A stretch of 64,000 nucleotides of DNA from Marsupella aquatica (taxonomy: Eukaryota; Plantae; Marchantiophyta). Positions 50,841 through 63,400 of this stretch are shown one piece after another. The notes below the pieces were generated by a model that saw nothing but the letters and a program-made list of their open reading frames with translations, was not told the origin of the DNA and made no database searches. Position numbers and translations under genes: made by a program. The stretch covers positions 10,104,287 through 10,168,286 of the forward strand of contig OZ316899.1 in the NCBI GenBank assembly GCA_973895155.1. Direction: 5' to 3'. Position 1 is the stretch's first letter. Every line of letters begins with the position of its first letter.

Positions 50841-52697
50841 ATGCTAGATCAACCAGAGTTTAGTGCGTCACGCATTCGGAGATACAAGGCTGCTTACCGT
50901 GACTACGTGGAGACTCGGATTACACGGGAAAGGGAAGAGAGAGAAGTTATGATGAGCACGGGATTGGCAGCGGGTTCCTCACCGGTGGGTAGGAAGATTT
51001 TTCGTCGAATTTATCCCAAGACCTCCACCAAGGTGATGGAGGATTGTCGGAACATTTTCCAAGCCACCGGGCTTACAGAATTCATGAAGGTGGAGATTAC
51101 CATCCCTTCAGGGAAGAGCTGGGACATTGAGGCCGGGATGGAGTTCCGAATGGAGGGAATCTACTTTGAATGTCTCAAACGTGTAGTGCCCCATGTGGAG
51201 TTGGCTAAGCTATTGTTTCTTGAGAATCAGAAATTCTCATTCACACCTCGGAATATCAGGGGAGAACTCACGTTGAAAATGGTGGCCACTTGGGTGACCA
51301 ATCCTACCTCCACCACCGCCATCCCTCTTTCTGCTGTCAAGGATGTTGAGTATAAGGGCTTCCTGGCCAAGGTGCATCAACGGGTTCTTGGCAACGTGCA
51401 ATCCGGAGTGCTGAATGAGGAGCATTTCGTGGTAGCTATGGACATCAAGAACTACCCAGCCCATGTGTACGGATGGTGGTGCTACGGATTGAAGAAGCTA
51501 TTGGCCGCTGAGCCCGGGAGTGTGAAACCAGGTGGGGCTGTACATTTGATGGGGTCATTTGTATTGGCCAGGGCAGAAGGGTTGATTGGTTCTCCGGGGC
51601 ATGAAGACACGGGATCATCTCTCACCACGGAGATCCGGAGTATTGCCACTACCGTTTTAGGGAAGCTCACGGAGGAATCATTGTCTGCTGGTGGGGAGGA
51701 TAATAGAGAAGAAGAGAACCAGGAGGATGATTGCACATTGGAGTGGCTTGAATCACTCGTGGGAGATCCGAAACAGCCTCTGGAATACAACATTCCGGAT
51801 GTTTACTTGGCAGAGCTACGGGATTTCAGAGAGGGAGTCCACGAGGGACTCAAGCTAGTCCACGCATTGAGGGAGTCTCTCAAGCACGCCACAGTCAAAG
51901 TAGAGACGTTAGAGCAGAGCATCCTGTCACTGAAGGAGGTGATCAAGACCAAGGAGCAGACCATTCATGAGAAGGTCAGGCACATCAATGCAGCTCACGT
52001 AGAGATCACCAACTTGAAGGGAGCTTTGTCCACCAAGGCCAAGGAAGCAGAAGAAGTAGGAGCGTTGAGGCAAGCATTGGCCAAAGAGAAGCAAAATTCT
52101 GGAGAAGTGATGGAGTGGAGGAACCAGGTGGGAGCACTACGGAGTCAGGTGGCAGCCTTTGAGACACGAGCGAAGAGAAGTGAGGCCCTGAGTCTAGGGA
52201 AACGGAAGAGTCCCGGCACACCTGGCTCCACACTTTCCCCGGATGTGATCTCCCAAGCTATCGAGATGGTGGTGAAGGAGGTTAGTGGGAAGTATGGACC
52301 CTTGTTGGATGGAGCCAAGAAGAGTCAGGAGAAGAGTAAGAGCTTGGAGAAGAAGCTCCGGGAGGTACGGAAATCGTTACGGGAGGCTCAGGTCAGTACG
52401 GGGATGCCACCCAGGTCTGTCACCCCCGGGACTCCCATGGCCACGGGGCAAGTTCTACCGTTGGAGTTGCGGTCCGGAGAAGAGGCTACCCTCTGGAAGG
52501 ACACAATTGGTGAGGGGTACATCAAGGCGTGGCAGGCCTTGGCTGCTTTGAGGAAGCGCGGGAGCAGCAGCACTAAGAGTACTCCGTCGAAGAAGAAGAA
52601 AAGTACGGTGGCACTCACTCCCGTGAGTGATGAGGAGGAGGACCACTCACGGGGCACAAGTCCGGGCACCGAGAGCGAAGAAGAAGAGGAGGATTAG
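50841..52697 (+). CDS. 618-aa protein encoded inside the 5' LTR (globular N-terminal part, acidic linker, coiled coil, basic NLS-like/acidic tail)
   Basis: Uninterrupted ATG-to-TAG ORF, duplicated intact in the 3' LTR. Confidence 0.85.
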   Translation: MLDQPEFSASRIRRYKAAYRDYVETRITREREEREVMMSTGLAAGSSPVGRKIFRRIYPKTSTKVMEDCRNIFQATGLTEFMKVEITIPSGKSWDIEAGMEFRMEGIYFECLKRVVPHVELAKLLFLENQKFSFTPRNIRGELTLKMVATWVTNPTSTTAIPLSAVKDVEYKGFLAKVHQRVLGNVQSGVLNEEHFVVAMDIKNYPAHVYGWWCYGLKKLLAAEPGSVKPGGAVHLMGSFVLARAEGLIGSPGHEDTGSSLTTEIRSIATTVLGKLTEESLSAGGEDNREEENQEDDCTLEWLESLVGDPKQPLEYNIPDVYLAELRDFREGVHEGLKLVHALRESLKHATVKVETLEQSILSLKEVIKTKEQTIHEKVRHINAAHVEITNLKGALSTKAKEAEEVGALRQALAKEKQNSGEVMEWRNQVGALRSQVAAFETRAKRSEALSLGKRKSPGTPGSTLSPDVISQAIEMVVKEVSGKYGPLLDGAKKSQEKSKSLEKKLREVRKSLREAQVSTGMPPRSVTPGTPMATGQVLPLELRSGEEATLWKDTIGEGYIKAWQALAALRKRGSSSTKSTPSKKKKSTVALTPVSDEEEDHSRGTSPGTESEEEEED

Positions 52698-53828
52698 ATA
52701 GGCGTACGGACGTGGGTGTACGGCCTCCAGATTTCCAACATTTTAGTGGGGGGTCACTCATGGGCTTGTTGGGATGAGCTCGCGGAGCTGATTCCAACAA
52801 GAGGCGGCGCTCCTCAAACGGAGCCAGGATGAGCAAGTTATGGCCTGGAGAACTTATGTTTTTGCGGTACGGAAACGGCCATAACTCAGGCGTCTGAAGT
52901 CCGTTGAGGGAGCGACTTAGTGATTCGGAAGCAGGAAAAGAAGAGCTATCCAGGGGTGAGCTCAGGTGTGCACTTGGAAGGGCACCTAGTTTCGGCCATT
53001 TTGGGGTGCCTCTCACTTTCAGGGTTCACGTGTACTGTTGGGGCGCCGTCGAAGGCACCGTCGGCCCCCTTGTTTTGGGTTTAGGGTTTTAGCAGCATGT
53101 GTGTGCCGCATGCTCCTCTTCAGTTTAAGGATTTCTCTTAGTGCAAGGTTTTAGCGGCGCCGCTAGGGTAGCCGCCACCGTTGTGACCCTGTGAGGGGTG
53201 CTTTGGTGTGATTTTTCAGTATTTAGGGGGATAGCCCCGAAGTAGTTAGGGGGACTCAGTGTGAAGTTAGCAAGGAGGGATAGAGTGGAGCCTGAGGAGT
53301 TTGAAAGCGTGTTCAGAGTAGTGAGGGGGAGCCATACTCATTGTCCGGAGAGGCAGGAGTTGAGTAGACGGCAGGAGGCCGGGTTACTCATGCAATGTGT
53401 ATCGTTTTTCCCAAGAGATATGGATCTGTACATTTGACTTGATGGGCTTTTGTTGTGTGTTCCTTCTCCCTTTTTCGCTTTCCGAATTGTGTTCTCCCGT
53501 TCTATGATTTGAAGAAACTTGCTTGGTTTGAGTCGGCCTTGTGAGTAGGGGTGGTGACAGCACTCTTTGGGTGACTCCGAGTGAAGGTGTAGTGGGGTAG
53601 TCGGCAGGACTTGATCAAAAGCTGTGGGGTGAGGGTAGTCGGTAGACTTGATCAAAACCTACATTTCCGGGAGCGGAAACCAAAATACTCATCCTGGTGT
53701 GAAAAGAATCCAAATAGCGTCCCTCCACGACCCCGTAATACGATACCAACGGTTTAAGCGAAGAAAAGTGCGGTTTGCACGTATTAACCGTTGGAGAGGC
53801 AAGTGACATAAGTGTGGTCTTTTGTTTT

Positions 53829-53846
53829 TGGCGCCGCTGCCGGGGA
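53829..53846 (+). promoter_or_regulatory. Primer-binding site, tRNA-Asp type (TGGCGCCGCTGCCGGGGA)
   Basis: One mismatch from the Athila-type PBS TGGCGCCGTTGCCGGGGA. Confidence 0.85.
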
Positions 53847-54063
53847 ATCCTTCTTCTTGTTTGACGACACGAAGGAGGGGAGCTACGTCTATTGGGAGTT
53901 CAAACCTATCAACCACAACGCAACTTGCGACGGTTGATACGTGAGAAGTTTGTTGGTTACTTTGTTATTGTACGTCAACCACAACGCATCGTGCGACGGT
54001 TGATGTTTACAAATATTGCTTTCTGAGACATTGGTGTAAGTTTGGAATGCAGGTCTCAATGGG

Positions 54064-57000
54064 ATGCCGAGAGGGAGAAGGGGAGGTAGAGGAAGTCCCC
54101 AACACACACGTACCCCAAGATCAGAGCTAGAAGGGGGGCCCTCTTGGATTGGGACCAGACGACGAGTTGCTGCCGAAGAACGCTTACGGCTTGCAGAAGA
54201 GAGGAGGTTGCCACTGGTGCTGGAAGAACAAGTTGGTGTGCAACAGGAAGAGGCTCAACGTAATGAGGCCATATGCCCAGACGAAGAGCCAGACATAGAT
54301 CACGAGCGAGAAGAAGGAGAGCCCTTTGTGTTGGTGCAGTCTGAGTTACAAAATCTGATCCCAGAGCTCACTGCATTGCCACAAATCATCTCACACCTAT
54401 CATCGGTGCTGTTACCGGTGGCCCAACAAGCGCCATTACCACCTGTGTTGATACAGGCACCGGCTGCACCGATGGCAGCTGCACAACGTACCCGTGTTCA
54501 GTACGTACCCTTCAAGGGGAGACCAAAGGATGATCCAGACGAATGGATTGAGGAGTTTGAAGGGATTGCCGAAGCTAATGGGGAGTCTGCACATAAGCTC
54601 ACTATCATTCCTGGAATGATGAGAGGGGAGGCAGGTCCATGGTTCATTTCGTTGTTGGCCAACGTGAAAGCTGATTGGGCTCTGTTCAAGCAAGCCTTCT
54701 TGAAGGAGTTCAGATCCATAGGAGTGGAGGCCACCTCACTATTAAAGGTGGGCCAACTCAGGATGAAGAAGAAGGAGTCATTACGGAGGTTTTTGCAAAG
54801 GTTCCAAAAGCTGGTACGTCGGATCCAAGCCCGTACCGATGATGCTATGCGTCAAGCCTGGTTTGTGGCTGCCCTACCAAGCAAGATGGGGTTCTTTGTA
54901 CGTCAAGCCAAGCCAACCACATTGGCTGAAGCTATTGCAGCAGCGGAGTCATACACCGCAGCTGATGCCACAAGCAAGCGTTGCCGAAGAAAGAAGCTGA
55001 AGCCGGTTGACAGTTCCTCCAGTGAGGAGTCGAGTGGATCTGATTCAGATAGTAGTGATGAATCTGAGGATTCTGAGAGTACTACAGAGTCAGACACTAC
55101 GGAGTCAGAAGCTGAAAGACGAAGGAGGAAGAAGAAGAAGTTGTCAAAGAAAGTCAAGAAGTCCTCTCACCGTGAAGTGATACTACCCACGGTGGCCGTT
55201 ACACCATTGTCTACGGCAAGACGCCTGAAGGAGCAAGAGGCCAGATATGATGAGCTGACGGAGCAAATGAAAGCGTTGAAAGTACATTTTGCCGGACTCA
55301 AACCTGAGAGGAGAAAAGTTCCGGTGGAGAGAGCCAATGTGTGGTGCACCAAGTGCATGAAGTTTGGTCATGCCCCGAAGGAGTGCCCAGCGGGAGAACC
55401 AGCCAAGGTTTTCCAAGTACGGGAGGAGGATGTTGAGGGGGCAAGCTACTCAAATCCTTCATATGCAGCGGAAGGGCCAATAGAGTACTTCATGGAGGAG
55501 CCACCAGAGGCCAACGTGTATAGTGTACAACCTCTCAACCCGGGACCACGGAGCATTCATGGAGTTTCAACAAACGCCGGAGCACCCGCATACTCCAACT
55601 ATCCCAACGCTAACCCAGGGAATCGACCACCGTACCCTGGAGTGAGGAAGATCCCTATTTGTTACAATTGTAGAGTGGCGGGCCACTACGCTAATGTGTG
55701 CCCAGAGCCCACCCGTCAAGGCAATGGAGATTTTGCCCGGCTGTGTCAACTATGCAAGGGGGAGGGTCATCTTGCACCACACTGCCCAACCTTGGAGGCG
55801 TTCAAGGCTCAACCGATTGGGGCACAAGAGAAGAAGGGGCCGCCACCTCCTCTGAAAGAAGCTAGCGTCAACTTTCTCACCACGGAAGCAGTCGACACCC
55901 CTCTAATCACTAGAAGAGAAGAAACCGTAGTGAACATTCCCAAGCAAAGGATGACCACCATAACGGAGGAGGTGGTACCGCTAGTCGTTGTAGTATCTCC
56001 AGTTGTTGAGATACCGGTGGTTGTTGTTGCAACATCTACGGAAGTTGAAGTTGCTAACCCCTCACCCCCAAGTCATGAGTGGACTCATGCTGAGAATCTA
56101 CCGGAGGAAGACAGCGACGAGGAGAGAAGGCATTACTCTTGTTACCGAGTCTCCACTCGATCCGGCAAAAAGAAGGGCAAGTCCGAGCTCAAGCAGAAGT
56201 ACAAGGAGGTGCATCAAGCTTCCACATCGGGTACCTCACACGAACCGGAGGTGCCACCCATGGAGGATAGTGACTTTGATCGGGACAACCCCAAGTTGTT
56301 CTATCCGAAGGTGGGAGAAGAGGTACGTAAGCAGTTGGAGGAGCTAGAAGCACAAGCCATGCAAGCGGCCATTGACAAAGACATGGAGGAGGCAAAGGCC
56401 AGAAAGAAAGCGGAGGAGAGGGTTGTTCGTTGGAAACCGGGAGAAGAGGTCATCCCACCCATACCTCCTGCAACCGCGTACAACATTGCTCAAGACATTC
56501 TGGATTGCCCAGTCAGTGCCACAATTGGTCAACTATTACGGGATAGCTCCCTATACCGTCGCCAAGTCAAGGAGATTCTCATGAGGAGGAGACGTAGAAG
56601 AAGGTTACCCAAAGTTGGGGCTGACCCCATACAAGTCAACTGGGTCACGGAGGATTTGGGTGCCCCAGAACTCACGGTGGACATCAATGGATGTGCAATA
56701 CGGTTTGTACCGGTGGACGGGGGCTCGGGAGTCAACATCATGACTGAGGAGACGGCAAACCGGTTGGGGTATACAGAGTTAGAACCACCGGCACGTGCCA
56801 TGAGGTTGGCTGATGGTGCACGGGTGGTGCCGTTGGGGTGTCTCACCAAGATTCCAACAATGATTGGGGGAAAATCTTTCCCCCTCAACTATTTGGTGAT
56901 GCGACCCGTTCGGCCGTACGGTTTTCCCATTTTAATTGGCAGGCCATGGTTGTATGTGGCCAAGGTCACAAGTGATTGGGGCAAACGGCAGTTTCGGTTT

Positions 57001-60000
57001 GGTATCCCCACTATCACTATTCCATGGTCAGCGGAGTCACCTCACGGGGAGACTACGACTATGGAGGAGGAATATGATTCAGAGGTCACCTCAGATGAAG
57101 ACGAGGATGAAGTATACATGGTGAAACTGATTTCTCACCTCACGGAGGAAGATGTTTTTGGCCCCGGAGTTGCTACTCAAGAGCATGCAGTAGAGGAATC
57201 AGTTAGCCAAGTGCACGCTGTTCTAGAAGAGATGGAAGACGAGCGAAGCAAAATTGTGGAGGCTGAACCTCTAGAGATTCATGATAGGGAGGCAGAGGAT
57301 CACCCCGAGGAGGTGGAAATGCAAGCCCACACGATCATGTTTGATGATGAGCAAAGAGAGCAGTTTTTGAATGACATCCTGGATGATGACTTTAGAGAGG
57401 AGCTATTGTCACATTACAAAGAATCTGACGTTGAAGAAATAATGGCCCATGTGACAAAGGATCCACCTCCATCCCGACCAGACCAGGAGGAGAGTGATGC
57501 ACCGGTGTATGGAGGGATGAGGCTCGCACGGTTGGAAGAAACCTTTGATGAGGAGACACGCAACAAGTTGGACGTGATCAGGCCGGAGCAGTACACAAAG
57601 GTGGAAGTGGGTGAGGGCAAGACACTCAACATTGGTAGTAAGTTGGATGCTACGGAGCAACGCACGATTCAGGAATTGTTGAAAGAGTACCAAGACGTAT
57701 TTGCGTGGAGCCACCAAGATTTGAAAGGAGTGCCACCTGAGTTTGGTGAGCACAGCATTGACCTGATGTCAGGAGCACGACCTGTGAGGCAACGCCAATA
57801 CCGCCTCAACCCCAAATACTCACTCATGGTGAAGGAGGAGATTGACCGTTTGTTGGATGCAGGATTCATTTATCCGGTCATGCATAGTGAGTGGGTGTCA
57901 CCCATCGTAATCGTGCCCAAGAAAAAGGGGCCAGACGGGAAGGTGAAAATACGGGTGTGCCAAGATTTTCGAAAGTTGAATGATGCGACCAAGAAGGATC
58001 ACTACCCGCTACCGTTCACGGATATCGTGTTGGACATGGTAGCAGGTTGGGAGATATACAGCTTCTTGGATGGCTACTCTGGGTACAACCAAATCTGGAT
58101 ACGGGAGGAGGACCAACTCAAGACGGCTTTCACAACAGAGTGGGGGATTTTTGCATTCCGGAGAATGCCTTTTGGGTTGTGCAATGCCCCTGGCATGTTC
58201 CAACGGCTCATGATGAATATATTTCATGACTTTTTACGCAGGTTCTTGGAGATCTTTATTGATGACTTTGCTGTCTACGGCAAACGAGTCAAGCATCCGG
58301 AACACTTACGGTTGACTTTTCAGCGGTGCCGGGAGACTTGCCTGAAGCTGCATCCGGAGAAATGTTTCTTTGGAATTGAGGAGGGAATCCTATTGGGCCA
58401 CAAAGTGTCTGCACGAGGGATTGAAGTTGATCGTGAGAAGGTCGCCGTGTGGGTAGCAGTCTCATTTCCCAAGAATGTGAAGGAAGTGAGAGGGTTCTTG
58501 GGGTGTGTTGGCTACTACCGACGCTTCATCAAAGACTTTGCCAAGGTAGCCATGCCACTCACTTCCATGTTGAAAAAAGGAAGTGAGTTTGAACCTACTC
58601 CTTCCCGTCAGGCTGCTTTTGATGAATTGAAGAAACGATTGCTAGAGGCCCCCGTGCTCATTACGCCCAATTGGAATAAGGAATTCCATGTTTACGTAGA
58701 CGTATCAGGATTTTGCATCGGTGCCGTTTTGAGTCAGTTAGATGATGATGGAAGAGACCATCCCATCTACTTTGCCAGTAGGCAGTTGGCCCCGGCAGAG
58801 AAAAACTACTCACCCACCGATAGGGAGGCACTTGGTATCATCTACGCTTGTAAGAAGTATCGTCATTATTTGTTGGGGTACAAGGTTGTGTTCCACACGG
58901 ATCACAACAGCTTGAAATACATGGTCAACAAGCCAGATCTGTCCGGGAGAATTGCACGTTGGGTTTTGTTGCTACAAGAGTTCAACTATGAGGTGAGAGT
59001 AAGATCGGGGAAGAGTCATAGCAATGCAGACTTCTTCTCCCGTATTGAGGGAGCATCTGACTCCCAGGAGATTGATGATCGGTTCCCGGATGAGGAAGTG
59101 TTCAGCGTGAATACAGAGGCCACTACTTGGTATGGAGAAATTTTGGAATTTCTCCGCACGGCTAGAGTTCCCTCACGTTTGGGCCCGGAGAGAGCAGCAG
59201 TGTTTTTGCGTAAGACAGGTCCCTACTTGCTTGTGAAGGGAGTACTTCACAAGTACGGCATGGATGGCCGACTTCGTCGTTGTTTGGAGGAAGCGGAGAT
59301 ACGTACAGTCATGGCAGCATTACATGAGGAGGAAGCTGGTGGCCACTTTGCACGGGAGACCACCGCAAGGAAAATACTAGATGCTGGATATTGGTGGCCA
59401 ACTCTCTTTCGGGATGTACACCGGTACATCCAGCGATGTGATCCGTGCCAGCGTCAAGGCAAACCAGGGCCCTCCTCACGACACCCATTGGTGCCCATAC
59501 TTCCTCTTGCACCCTTTGAGAAGTGGGGGGTGGACTTCATTGGCCCTTTCACTCCCATCACACGAAGAGGGAGGAAGCGCTACATCATTCTTGCAACGGA
59601 CTATGCCACCAAGTGGGTGGAGGCCCGAGCTACTGCCAAGGATGATGCCAACACCACGGCACGTTTTTTGTATGAGCAGATTTTTACACGATTTGGTCCA
59701 CCATTGGAGTTGGTAAGTGACAGGGGTACTCACTTCCTCAATCATACGATTGAACGTTTGACGGAGAACTACTTGATCTCACATAGGAAGACCACTCCGT
59801 ACCACCCTCGAGCCAACGGGCTCACTGAGAGAGCCAACGGGATCATGGGCAAGATCCTCAACAAAACGGTTCCGCTCACAAGACCGATTGGGATTTGAAG
59901 TTGTTGGCTGCCACTTACGCTTACAACCTGGCTCACAAGACTACCACGGGCCACAGCCCCTATTTCCTTGTGTTTGGACAACACTCTCTTGTGCCGGTGG

Positions 60001-60461
60001 AATTTGAGGTTCCAACCATTCGAATCCTAACACGGGAAAGGGAAGGGGCAGAAGAAAGTGTCGCTTCACGGATCCAACAGTTGGAGCAACTCACGGAGAC
60101 ACGAGAAGAGGCTTTGACACATACGGAGCAGGAGCAAGGCAAACGCAAGTCACATTACGATTCCCGTCTCCGTCGTGTGTCCATTGAGGAGGGAGATTTG
60201 GTGCTCCTCTACGATAGCCGCTTCATGCATTTCCCCGGGAAGTTGCATACACGGTGGATGGGACCCTACGTAGTGGATGCCGTCTACTCCAACGGCTCGG
60301 TTCAACTCAAGACATTGGAGGGGCAACTACTCAACACACGGATCAATCAAGAGCGCCTAAAGAAGTACTACACGGAGGAAGAGTATGGTGCTCGCGGGGG
60401 CGCTTCGCAATTAAGAGAGGAGCTATGTGACGGGTACCCCGTCACGGGAAGTCACACATAA
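54064..60461 (+). CDS. Gypsy gag-pol (gag, 3 CCHC knuckles, protease, RT, RNase H, integrase, GPY/F); single frameshift at ~59872
   Basis: VDGGSGVNIM; RMPFGLCNAP; IFIDDF; YVDVSG; TDHNSL; WGVDFIGP; VSDRGTHF; NGLTERAN; WMGPY. No chromodomain. Confidence 0.95.
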
Positions 60462-63400
60462 CTGGTTGCAAAGGCCGATACCTTGTTAATAGTCAATGTA
60501 AATAAGCCATTTTTTAATTTTTAGTTAATTCCGTCATTATAGGTTGATGATGCCCCAGGTGACTTTATATTCTTTCTCTCATAATAGTTCTAAGATTTGC
60601 GGCGACCTAAGTGGGCAAATATTTTGGGACCTTGAAACTAGCCAGGACCAGCCCCATAGGACTTACCGTTTTGCTTCAAGAGCTATTGTTGAGACCCCCA
60701 TTGCAAAGTCAGGAGAGGGGGGGGGTTTTTTTTAAATAAATCCCTCCTCAGGAGGGCGAGTCCCATTAGTGGCCGTCCGAGAGAAAGAGGGGCTGCCTCG
60801 CGAGCCCATAGGGCTGCGTGCCCGGGCGATTAATGGGGCTCCGCGAGCTGAAGGGGCTGCCTCGCGAGCCCATAGGGCTGCGTGCCCGGGCAATTAATGA
60901 GGCTCCGCGAGCTGAAGGAGCGCAAGCGAGCGGGGGGGGGGAGTTAAAGGGCCTCCCGCGAGCTGGGAGGATCACGCGAGCGGGGGGGAGTTAAAGGGCC
61001 TCCCGCGAGCTGGGAGGATCACGCGAGCGGGGGGGAGTTAAAGGGCCTCCCGCGAGCTGGGAGGATCACGCGAGCGGGGGGGAGTTAAAGGGCCTCCCGC
61101 GAGCTGGGAGGATCACGCGAGCGGGGGGGAGTTGAAGGGCCTCCCGCGAGCCGGGAGGAATGGCCGCGCGCCCTGCATAGGGCCGCGCGCAGGAGGACGC
61201 AAGGGTAAGGCCCGAGAAATGGGCCGGGGCGCATGGCGAAGGCGCCAGGAGTTTTTTCGGTTCTATTTTTTTTTCCTTCCTTTTTCTTTCCCTCTTCCTT
61301 TTGCACGACCCTCTCATTGCCGAAAGCAAAAATGGGGTTCTTCTCTCTCTTGCCGGAAGCTCTCTCCAGATTCTAATTATTTTTGAAGCTCTCTCTTTCA
61401 TGGTGGATTAGTGGGGCTTGCTGGCGTCATTCTTCCAGGCATTAGTGGCGGCCGCACGGAGTAGTGACGGGAAATTGAGAGAATTTAAGTGATCGGGCTA
61501 CGGGGGCTGTTTCGGGCCAGGGAATTGACATTGCCACGGGTGACGGGATTGGTGATTGAGAAATTGATTTCGGGATGCATGGATGCTAGATCAACCAGAG
61601 TTTAGTGCGTCACGCATTCGGAGATACAAGGCTGCTTACCGTGACTACGTGGAGACTCGGATTACACGGGAAAGGGAAGAGAGAGAAGTTATGATGAGCA
61701 CGGGATTGGCAGCGGGTTCCTCACCGGTGGGTAGGAAGATTTTTCGTCGAATTTATCCCAAGACCTCCACCAAGGTGATGGAGGATTGTCGGAACATTTT
61801 CCAAGCCACCGGGCTTACAGAATTCATGAAGGTGGAGATTACCATCCCTTCAGGGAAGAGCTGGGACATTGAGGCCGGGATGGAGTTCCGAACGGAGGGA
61901 ATCTACTTTGAATGTCTCAAACGTGTAGTGCCCCATGTGGAGTTGGCTAAGCTATTGTTTCTTGAGAATCAGAAATTCTCATTCACACCTCGGAATATCA
62001 GGGGAGAACTCACGTTGAAAATGGTGGCCACTTGGGTGACCAATCCTACCTCCACCACCGCCATCCCTCTTTCTGCTGTCAAGGATGTTGAGTATAAGGG
62101 CTTCCTGGCCAAGGTGCATCAACGGGTTCTTGGCAACGTGCAATCCGGAGTGCTGAATGAGGAGCATTTCGTGGTAGCTATGGACATCAAGAACTACCCA
62201 GCCCATGTGTACGGATGGTGGTGCTACGGATTGAAGAAGCTATTGGCCGCTGAGCCCGGGAGTGTGAAACCAGGTGGGGCTGTACATTTGATGGGGTCAT
62301 TTGTATTGGCCAGGGCAGAAGGGTTGATTGGTTCTCCGGGGCATGAAGACACGGGATCATCTCTCACCACGGAGATCCGGAGTATTGCCACTACCGTTTT
62401 AGGGAAGCTCACGGAGGAATCATTGTCTGCTGGTGGGGAGGATAATAGAGAAGAAGAGAACCAGGAGGATGATTGCACATTGGAGTGGCTTGAATCACTC
62501 GTGGGAGATCCGAAACAGCCTCTGGAATACAACATTCCGGATGTTTACTTGGCAGAGCTACGGGATTTCAGAGAGGGAGTCCACGAGGGACTCAAGCTAG
62601 TCCACGCATTGAGGGAGTCTCTCAAGCACGCCACAGTCAAAGTAGAGACGTTAGAGCAGAGCATCCTGTCACTGAAGGAGGTGATCAAGACCAAGGAGCA
62701 GACCATTCATGAGAAGGTCAGGCACATCAATGCAGCTCACGTAGAGATCACCAACTTGAAGGGAGCTTTGTCCACCAAGGCCAAGGAAGCAGAAGAAGTA
62801 GGAGCGTTGAGGCAAGCATTGGCCAAAGAGAAGCAAAATTCTGGAGAAGTGATGGAGTGGAGGAACCAGGTGGGAGCACTACGGAGTCAGGTGGCAGCCT
62901 TTGAGACACGAGCGAAGAGAAGTGAGGCCCTGAGTCTAGGGAAACGGAAGAGTCCCGGCACACCTGGCTCCACACTTTCCCCGGATGTGATCTCCCAAGC
63001 TATCGAGATGGTGGTGAAGGAGGTTAGTGGGAAGTATGGACCCTTGTTGGATGGAGCCAAGAAGAGTCAGGAGAAGAGTAAGAGCTTGGAGAAGAAGCTC
63101 CGGGAGGTACGGAAATCGTTACGGGAGGCTCAGGTCAGTACGGGGATGCCACCCAGGTCTGTCACCCCCGGGACTCCCATGGCCACGGGGCAAGTTCTAC
63201 CGTTGGAGTTGCGGTCCAGAGAAGAGGCTACCCTCTGGAAGGACACAATTGGTGAGGGGTACATCAAGGCGTGGCAGGCCTTGGCTGCTTTGAGGAAGCG
63301 CGGGAGCAGCAGCACTAAGAGTACTCCGTCGAAGAAGAAGAAAAGTACGGTGGCACTCACTCCCGTGAGTGATGAGGAGGAGGACCACTCACGGGGCACA

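Larger units (their letters stand above)
49684..53808 (+). repeat. 5' LTR (~4,125 bp; 3' boundary inferred from GTGACA before the PBS)
   Basis: Repeated from 60426 to the window end; TG start. The end cannot be confirmed without the rest of the 3' LTR. Confidence 0.85.

Noticed and set aside
50841-52697. LTR ORF as an env gene
   Set aside because: No evident signal peptide or transmembrane segment; it has a coiled coil and a basic NLS-like tail instead.
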